Shown here: piece by piece, positions 56,900 through 64,000 of the stretch
Numbering within the stretch: position 1 is the first letter of the stretch
Layout: every line of letters begins with the position of its first letter
From: the human T2T-CHM13v2.0 reference genome, Homo sapiens
Assembly (NCBI RefSeq): GCF_009914755.1
Contig: NC_060930.1
Direction: 5' to 3' (one strand)
Length of the DNA stretch: 64,000 bases
Made by a program: the position numbers and the translations under genes
The notes under the pieces: model-generated
Database searches by the model: none
Seen by the model: the letters and a program-made list of their open reading frames with translations, nothing else
Told to the model about the DNA's origin: nothing

Positions 56900-57591
56900 T
56901 TTTTGGGGCAATTGTGAGAGTTTGTTCATGATTGGCTCTCTTCTTGACTGTTTCTCATGTACAGGAATGCTAGTGATTTTTGCACACATTTGTATCCTGA
57001 GACTTTGCTGAAGTTGCTTATTAGCTTAGGAAGCTTTTAGGCTGAAAGGATGGAGTTTTCTAGATATAAGACATGCCATTTGCAATCACAAATACTTTGA
57101 ATTCCTCTCTTCCTAGCTGAATGACTTTCTTTCTTTCTCTTACCTATTGCCCTGGCCACAGTTTCCAATACTATGATGAATAGAAGTGGTGAGACAGGGC
57201 ACCCTTTTCTTTTGCTGGTTTTCAAGGAGAATGCTTCCAGCTTTCGCCCATTTAATATGACATTGGCTGTACATCTGTCATATATAGCTCTCATTATTTT
57301 GAAGTATGTTCCTTCAATATCTAGTTTATTGAGAGTTTTTAACATGAAGGGATGTTGAATTTTATCAATAGCCTTTTCTGCATCTATTGAGGTAACTATG
57401 TTTTTTTTTTTTGTCTTTAGTTCTGTTTATGTGATGAATCACATTTACTGATTACATATATTGAACCAACCTTGGATCCCAGAGGTGAAGTCTACTTGTT
57501 TGTGGTGGATAAGCTTTGAGATGTGCCACTAGATGCAATTTGTTGAGGAATTTTTCACTGATGTTCATCAAGGATATTGGCCTGAAGTTTT

Positions 57592-57622
<31 letters not shown>

Positions 57623-57787
57623 CTGCCAGGTTTTGGTATCAGGATACTTGCCTTATACAATGAGTTAGGGAGGAGTCTCTTCAATTTTTTGAAATACATT
57701 GAGAAGGGAAGGTACCAGCTCTTCTTTGTACATCTGGTAAAATTCAACTGTGAATCTGTCTAGATCTGGGCCTTTTTAGTTAGTAGG
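56900..57787 (-). mobile_element. L1PA ORF2 (RT region) fragment
   Basis: ORF 57037-57345 [23 protein letters not shown]...GCPVSPLLF is L1 RT; includes (TG)13 at 57596-57622. Confidence 0.9.
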
Positions 57788-58121
57788 TGATATGGTTTTG
57801 CTGTATCCCCACCCAGATCTTATCTTGAATTGTAATTCTCATAATCCCTACATTTCCTGGGAAGGACCCAGTGGGAGGTAATTGAATCATGGGGCCAGTT
57901 ACCTCCATGCTGTTCTCATGATAGTGAGTGAGTTCTCACAAGATCTGAAGATTTTATAAAGGGCTTTCCCCATCTTCTGTCTACAATTCTCCTTGCTGCC
58001 ACCATGTGAAGAAGGACATATTTGCTTCCCCTTATGCCATGATTGTAAGTTTCCTGAGGCCTCCCAAGCCATGCTGAACTTTGAGTCAATTAATCCTCTT
58101 TTTTTAATATAAATTACACAG
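57788..58121 (+). mobile_element. THE1-type MaLR LTR, 3'-truncated
   Basis: Starts TGATATGGTTT; 'ccatgattgtaagtttcctgaggcctccc'; stops at 'aaattacacag' without the terminal ...ACTAATACA. Confidence 0.9.
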
Positions 58122-58525
58122 CAACATGGCTGTTTATTTCACCTGGGTGCAGGTGGGCTGAGTCCGAAAAGAGAGTCAGTGAAGGGAGATGGGGTGGGGC
58201 CGTTTTACAGGATTTGGGTAGGTAAAGGAAAATTACAGTCAAAGGGGGTTTGTTCTCTGGCGGGCAGGAGTGGGAGTCGCAAGGTGCTCAGTGGGGGTGC
58301 TTTTTGAGCCAGGATGAGCCAGGAAAAGGACTTTCACAAGGTAATGTCATCACTTAAGGCAAGGACCGACCATTTACACTTCTTTTGTGGTGGAATGTTA
58401 TCAGTTAAGGTGGGGAAGGGCATATTCACTTCTTTTGTGATTCTTCAGTTACTTCAGGCCATCTGGGCATATACGTGCAAGTCACAGGGGATGCGATGGC
58501 TTGGCTTGGGCTCAGAGGCCTGACA
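58120..58525 (-). mobile_element. LTR7 (HERV-H 3' LTR), terminal 46 bp missing
   Basis: ~97% identical to 63307-63713; begins TGTCAGGCC on minus; PPT AAGAAGGCAGGAA at 58526-58538. Confidence 0.95.
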
Positions 58526-60334
58526 TTCCTGCCTTCTTATATTAATAAGAAAAATAAAACAAAATAGTGTTGAAGTGTTGGGGCGGCAAAAATTTTTGTG
58601 GGGTGGTATGGAGAGAGAATGGGCGATGTTTCTCAGGGCTGCTTCAAGCGGGATTAGGGGCGGCGTGGGAACCTAGAGTGGGAGAGATTAAGCTGAAGGA
58701 AGGTCTTGTGGTAAGGGGTGATATTGTGGGGATGTTAGAAGAAACATTTGTCGTATAGAATGACTGGTGATGGCCTGGATACGGTTTTGGCTAAGAATTG
58801 GGATGACTCTGGATATCTGATTAGAGAGTGCCTAAGGAGATTCAGCATAGTCCTGCCAGCAAAGATTATTTATTTACTTCAAGAGTTAAGAGTGGCAGTT
58901 TGGGGATAGCACCAGGAGATATCAGCTGTGATGGCTTGGAAAAACAGTGTAAACTGGCAGTGTAAACAAGAGCAGGGCATGTATGAGTAGTTGAGAACGG
59001 TGAACAGGAGTATGACTAGACAGGAGATAGTAGGGATGACAAGTTTTTTGGGGCACAGTCTAAGTTGGTCTGGTGTCTGGAATGAGACTGGGGCCTAATA
59101 AAAAGGAGTGTCTATACAGGAGCTTAAATGGGCTGTACCCTGTAGCATTCTAAGGACAGGCCTGAATTCTGAGAAGGGAAAGTGGTAAAAGTATTGTCCA
59201 TTCCTTTTTAAGTTGGTGGCTGAGCTTGGTGAGGTGTGTTTTTAAAAGACCTTTAGTCCATTTGACTTTTCTTGAAGACGGAGGACCTTAAGGGATATAA
59301 AGGTTTCACTGAATACTAAGAGCCTGAAAAACTGCTTGGCTGATTTGACTAATAAAGGCTCATCTGTTATCAGACTGTATTGAGGTGGGAAGGCTAAACT
59401 GAGGAATTATGTCTGACAGAAGGGAAGAAATGACTGCGGTGGCCTTCTCAGACCCTGTAAGAAAGGCCTGTATCTATCCAGTGAAAGTGTCTACCTAGAC
59501 TAAGAGGCATTTTAGTTATCTGACTCAGGGCATGTTGAGTAAAGCTAATTTGCCAGTCCTGGGTGGGGCAAATCCTCGAGCTTGATGTGTAGGGAAGGGA
59601 GGGAGCCTGAATAATCCCTGAGGAGTAGTAGAATAGCAGATGGAACACTGAGAAGTTATTTCCTTGAGGATAGATTTCCACGATGGAAAGGAAATGAGAG
59701 GTTCTAAGAAGTGGGCTAGTGGCTTGTACTATAGCATAACCTGCCTTTGCTGGTGTGTGGCGATTAGGCCTGGTGGAACCGCCATCAATAAATCAAGTGT
59801 GATCAGGGTTGAGGAACAGGAAAGAAGGAAATTTGGGGAAATAGGGTGAATGTCAGGTGGATCAGAGAGATACAGTCATGGGGGTCAGGTGTGGTATCAG
59901 GAATAATGTGGGAGGCCGGATTGAAGTCTGGGCCAGGAACAATGGTAATTGTGGGAGACTCAACAAAGAGTGAGTATAGCTGAAGGAGCCGGGAAGCAGA
60001 AAGTATATGCGTCAGGTATGAGGAAGAAAATAGATTTTGGAAGTTATGAGAACTGTAGAGAGTGAGTTGAGCACAGTTTGTGATTTTGAGGGCCTCTAAA
60101 AGTATTAAAGCAGCGGCAGCTGCTGCACGCAGACATGAGGGCTAGGCTAAAACAGTAAGGTCAAGTTGTTTGGACAGAAAGGCTACAGGGTGTTGTCCTG
60201 GCTCTTGCGTAAGAATTCTGACCGTGCTAACCATGCCTAGGAAGGAAAGGAGTTGTTGTTTTGTAGAAGGTGCTTGGGTTTGAGAGATCAGCTGGACACG
60301 ATTGGCAGGGAGAGCACGTGTGTTTTTATGAGAA

Positions 60335-60854
60335 TTATGCTGAGATAGGTAACAGATGAGGAAGAAATTTGGGCTTGATTGAAGTAATGGGGGCTGCCTG
60401 TGAAGCTTTGCGGCAGTACAGCCTAGGTAATTTGCTGAGCTTGATGGGTGTCAGGGTCAGTCCAAGTGAAAGCGAAGAGAGGCTGGGAATAAGGGTGCAA
60501 AGGAATAGTAAAGAAAGCATGTTTGAGATCTAGAACAGAATAATGGGTTGTAGAGGCAGGTATTGAGGATAGGAGAGTATATGTGTTTGGCACCACGGGG
60601 TGGATAGGCAAAACGATTTGGTTGATAAGGCGCAGATCCTGAACTAACTTGTAAGGCTTGTCTGGTTTTAGGACAGGTAAAATGGGGGAATTGTAAGGAG
60701 AGTTTATAGGCTTTAAAAGGCCATGCTGTAGCAGGCGAGTGATAACAGGCTTTAATCTTTTTAAAGCGTGCTGCAGGATGGGATATTGGCATTGAGTGGG
60801 GTAAGGGTGATTAGGTTTTAATGAGATGGTAAGGGGTGCATGATCGGTCGCCAA
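60335..60854 (-). pseudogene. pol: HERV-H pol reverse transcriptase remnant
   Basis: YNSPILPVLKPDKPYKLVQDLRLIN...VLDLKHAFFTIPLHP...FAFTW, then in-frame stop before LPQSF. Confidence 0.9.
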
Positions 60855-61007
60855 GGAGGGAGTAGAGGTATCTTATACTTGTGGGTTAAGGTGGGGAGAT
60901 ACAAGAGGAGGACGCAAAGGCGGCTTTGGATTGGGAAGAAGGGCGGCAATAAGATATAGCTGTAGTCCAGGAATAGTCAGGGAAGCAGATAATTTAGTTA
61001 AAGTGTC

Positions 61008-61232
61008 TCAGCCTAATAAGGGAACTGGGCCGGTGGGGATAATTAAAAAGGAGTGCTTAAAAGAGTATTGTCTAAGTTGGCACCAGAGTTGGGGAGTTTT
61101 AAGAGGTTTAGAAGCCTGGCCGTCAATACCCACAACAGTTATGGAGGCAAGGGAAACAGGCCCTTGAAAAGAAGGTAATGTGGAGTGGATAGCCTCCGTA
61201 TTGATTAAGAAGGGGACGGGCTTACCTTCCAC
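61008..61232 (-). pseudogene. pro: HERV-H protease remnant
   Basis: FLINTEAIHSTL (degenerate DTGA active site), VVGIDGQ flap, PVPLLG. Confidence 0.85.
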
Positions 61233-61399
61233 TGTGAGAGTTACCCGAAGCTCGGCGTCCGTGATGGTCTAGGGGGCTTCCGAGGCGATCGGGCAGTGTC
61301 AGTCTTCAGCCGCTAAGCCGAGAAGATCTGGGAAGGAGTCAGTCAGACAGCCTTGGGCCAGAGTTCCAGGGGCTCTGGGAGTGGCTGCCAGGTGAGTTG

Positions 61400-61520
61400 A
61401 ACAGTCCGATTTTCAGTGGGATCCCACACAGATGGGACGCGGCTTAGGAGGACTCCCGGGCTGCGGGCATTCCTTGGCCCAGTGGCCAGATTTCTAGCAA
61501 GTGTAGCAAGCTCCTGCGGG
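61400..61520 (-). pseudogene. gag: HERV-H gag nucleocapsid zinc-knuckle remnant
   Basis: Manual translation CYTC*KSGHWAKEC (CCHC with in-frame stop). Confidence 0.8.
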
Positions 61521-63108
61521 AGGAGGTTCTGGAGCAACGCCTGGCCGCTCCAGTTCAGGAGTTTGGAAGTTCTTGTGTGCTGGAAATGTGGCTGGGGTTT
61601 GTCTCACAGTGGAGGCAAGGAATTGCAAGTTTTTTCTGTTATTGTACACCTTGAAGGCGAGGTTAATTAAATCCTATTGTGGGGTTTGAGGGCCGGAATT
61701 TAATTTTTGGAGTTTTATTTAATGTCGGGGCAGATTCGGTAATAAAATGTGTTTTGAGAATAAGACAGCCTTTTGACCTTTTAGGGTCTAGGGCTGTAAA
61801 GTGTCTCAGGGTTTCTGCCAAACAAGTCATGAACTGGGCTGGATTTTTATATTTGATGAAAAAGAGCCTAAACGCTATCTGATTTGGGATAAAGAAAAAG
61901 GAGCATTAACCTTGACTATGCCTTTAGCTCCAGCCACCTTTTTAAGAGTAAATTGCTGGGCAGGTGGGGGAGGGCTAGTCACGGAACGAAACTGTAAGCC
62001 AGGCCAGGTGTGAGGAGGGGAGGTGATAAAAAGATTATAGGGTGGAGGAGCAGAGGCTGAGGAAGAATTGGGACCTAGCTCAGCCTGGCGAGGATCAGCC
62101 TGGGGAGGAAGGGAGAGGTCAGATGGGTCTGTAGAAAAGGAAGATTAGAAAGACTCAGCGATGCTTGGGGTTGGGACTGAGGGGACAGGCAGGAGGGAAA
62201 GAAGGAAGATTTGGGACGAGTTGCACTGGGCACAGAGACTAGGAAGGGACTGATGTGTAAAAGAATGCCTGGACGTCAGGCACCTCAGACCGTTTGCCTA
62301 TTTTATGACAAGAATTATTTAGATCTTGCAGGATGGAAAAATTCAAAGTGCTATTTTCTGGCTATTTGGAACTACTGTCGAGTTTGTATTGGGGTCAAGT
62401 GGCATTGCAGAAGAAAATAAGGCATTTAGGTTTTAGGTCAGGTGTGAGTTAAGAGGTTTTAAGTTTTTGAGAACACAGGCCAAGGGACTAGAAGGAGGAA
62501 TGGAAGGTGGAAGGTTCCCATAGTGAAGGAAGCAAGCCTAGAGAAAAGAGAGAGTAGATAAATGGAGGGAAGGGGTTCGGGGGTTCTTACCTTCCAGAAA
62601 AGTGGGAAAAGGGGTTGGGGCGCAGAGATAAGAGGTCGGGGCATGGAAATAAGGGATGGGGCGCAGAAATAAGAGGTAGGGGCACGGAAATAAGGGATTG
62701 GGGCGCAGAGATACGAGCTGGGGGTACTTGCCCCTCCTCTAGAAAAGCGGGACTTGCTGCTAGGAGTGAAGGAGAAGGGGTTGAGGGGTACTTGCCCCTT
62801 CCCCAGAAAAGCGGGACTTGCCACTAAGGGTGAAGGACCAAGGCAGGCGTCCCTGCGTGGTCTGACAGCTTTGAAACATGGGTGAATAATCAGAGGCGTC
62901 CCTGCAATGATTAAACACCAAGGGAAGGCTGCCTTCCCAGTCCGTGACCGGCGCCGGAGTTTTGGGTCCACGGATAAAACGTGTCTCCGTTGTCTCTCCC
63001 AGAAAATGAAAGGAATTGAAATTAAGAGAAGGGAGAGATTGAAGAGTGGAAAGGAGAAAGTGGTTGAGGGACAGTGAGAGAGGTTGGAGAAGAGAGTAAG
63101 AAGAGGCC

Positions 63109-63117
63109 ACTTACCTG
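63109..63117 (-). promoter_or_regulatory. HERV-H leader splice donor CAG|GTAAGT
   Basis: Plus acttacctg; ~125 nt downstream of the PBS; perfect U1 consensus. Confidence 0.8.
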
Positions 63118-63240
63118 ATTTAAAATTGGTGAGATGTTCCTTGGACTGGTCGGTCTGAGGACCTGAGGTCGTTGGTGGATCTTTCTCATGGAGCAAAGAA
63201 CAGGAGGACAGGGGATTGATCTCCCAAGGGAGGTCCCCCG

Positions 63241-63258
63241 ATCTGAGTCACGGCACCA
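63241..63258 (-). other. tRNA-His primer binding site
   Basis: TGGTGCCGTGACTCAGAT, one mismatch to the His PBS TGGTGCCGTGACTCGGAT. Confidence 0.92.
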
Positions 63259-63260
63259 AA

Positions 63261-63713
63261 TTTCATGCGCGTCCATATGAAGAGACCACCAAACAGGCTT
63301 TGTGTGAGCAAGAAAGCTGTTTATTTCACCTGGGTGCAGGCGGGCTGAGTCCGAAAAGAGAGTCAGCGAAGGGAGATAAGGGTGGGGCCATTTTATAGGA
63401 TTTGGGTAGGTAAAGGAAAATTACAGTCAAAGGGGGTTTGTTCTCTGGCGGGCAGGAGTGGGGGTCACAAGGTGCTCAGTGGGGGTGCTTTTTGAGCCAG
63501 GATGAGCCAGGAAAAGGACTTTCACAAGGTAATGTCATCACTTAAGGCAAGGACCGATCATTTACACTTCTTTTGTGGTGGAATGTTATCAGTTAAGGTG
63601 GGGAAGGGCATATTCACTTCTTTTGTGATTCTTCAGTTACTTCAGGCCATCTGGGCATATACGTGCAAGTCACAGGGGATGCGATGGCTTGGCTTGGGCT
63701 CAGAGGCCTGACA
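63261..63713 (-). mobile_element. LTR7 (HERV-H 5' LTR), complete, LTR7up-like
   Basis: 453 bp; intact TATAAAA (63391-63397), KLF-type CCCCACCC (63380-63387), two ACAAAAGA motifs (63569-63576, 63619-63626). Confidence 0.95.
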
Positions 63714-64000
63714 TTTAGTGCTATACATTTCTCTCTTAACACTGCCTTAGCTGTGTCTCAGAGATTCTGGTATGTTGTGCTTTTTTCTTACTAGATTCCT
63801 ACTTTAATGTCATTATTTACCCAAAAGTCATTCAGGAGAAAGTTATTCGAGTTCCATGTAGTTATATGGTTTTGAGTGAATTTCTTAGTCTTGGTCTAAT
63901 TTGATTGCGCTGTGGTCTGAGAGGCCATTTTCTGTGACTTCAGTTCTTTTGCATTTACTAAGGAGTTGTTTTACTTTCAATTATGTGGTTGATTTTAGAG
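63714..64000 (-). mobile_element. L1PA ORF2 fragment (continuation of 56900-57787 element)
   Basis: 'tttagtgctatacatttc...cagagattctggtatgttgtg...tttacccaaaagtcattcaggag' L1 antisense. Confidence 0.85.

Larger units (their letters stand above)
58120..63713 (-). mobile_element. HERV-H provirus (~5.6 kb, common deleted form, env largely absent)
   Basis: Two LTR7s, tRNA-His PBS, PPT, and gag/pro/pol remnants in correct order. Confidence 0.97.

Noticed and set aside
58314-58523. Identical 69-aa ORFs at 58314 and 63502 as duplicated gene
   Set aside because: Antisense translations of the two LTR7 copies
62459-63196. 245-aa ORF in HERV-H leader
   Set aside because: Pre-gag leader, low-complexity Pro/Ser/Phe-rich translation, non-ATG start; no evidence of coding function

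Overview
Primate (almost certainly human) AT-rich, non-coding genomic DNA. I found no intact host protein-coding gene; every recognisable long ORF is a transposon remnant. The first ~28 kb is mostly unique sequence with scattered Alu/MIR/L2 elements. It holds a candidate divergent TATA promoter pair at ~1.3-1.75 kb, several motif-dense candidate enhancers and a splice-competent non-coding exon candidate. From ~29 kb onward the window is almost entirely nested repeats: old L1M fragments, MaLR LTRs, a Tigger2a split by an L1PA4/5 carrying a 244-bp 3' transduction, a full-length Tigger1 with a ~45-bp micro-L1 insertion, and a young AluYa5-like element. It ends with a 5.6-kb minus-strand HERV-H provirus with LTR7up-like LTRs, whose 3' LTR end was removed by a deletion that fused it to a THE1 LTR. 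Subfamily calls come from recalled consensus sequences and need RepeatMasker/Dfam confirmation. The host locus was not identified.
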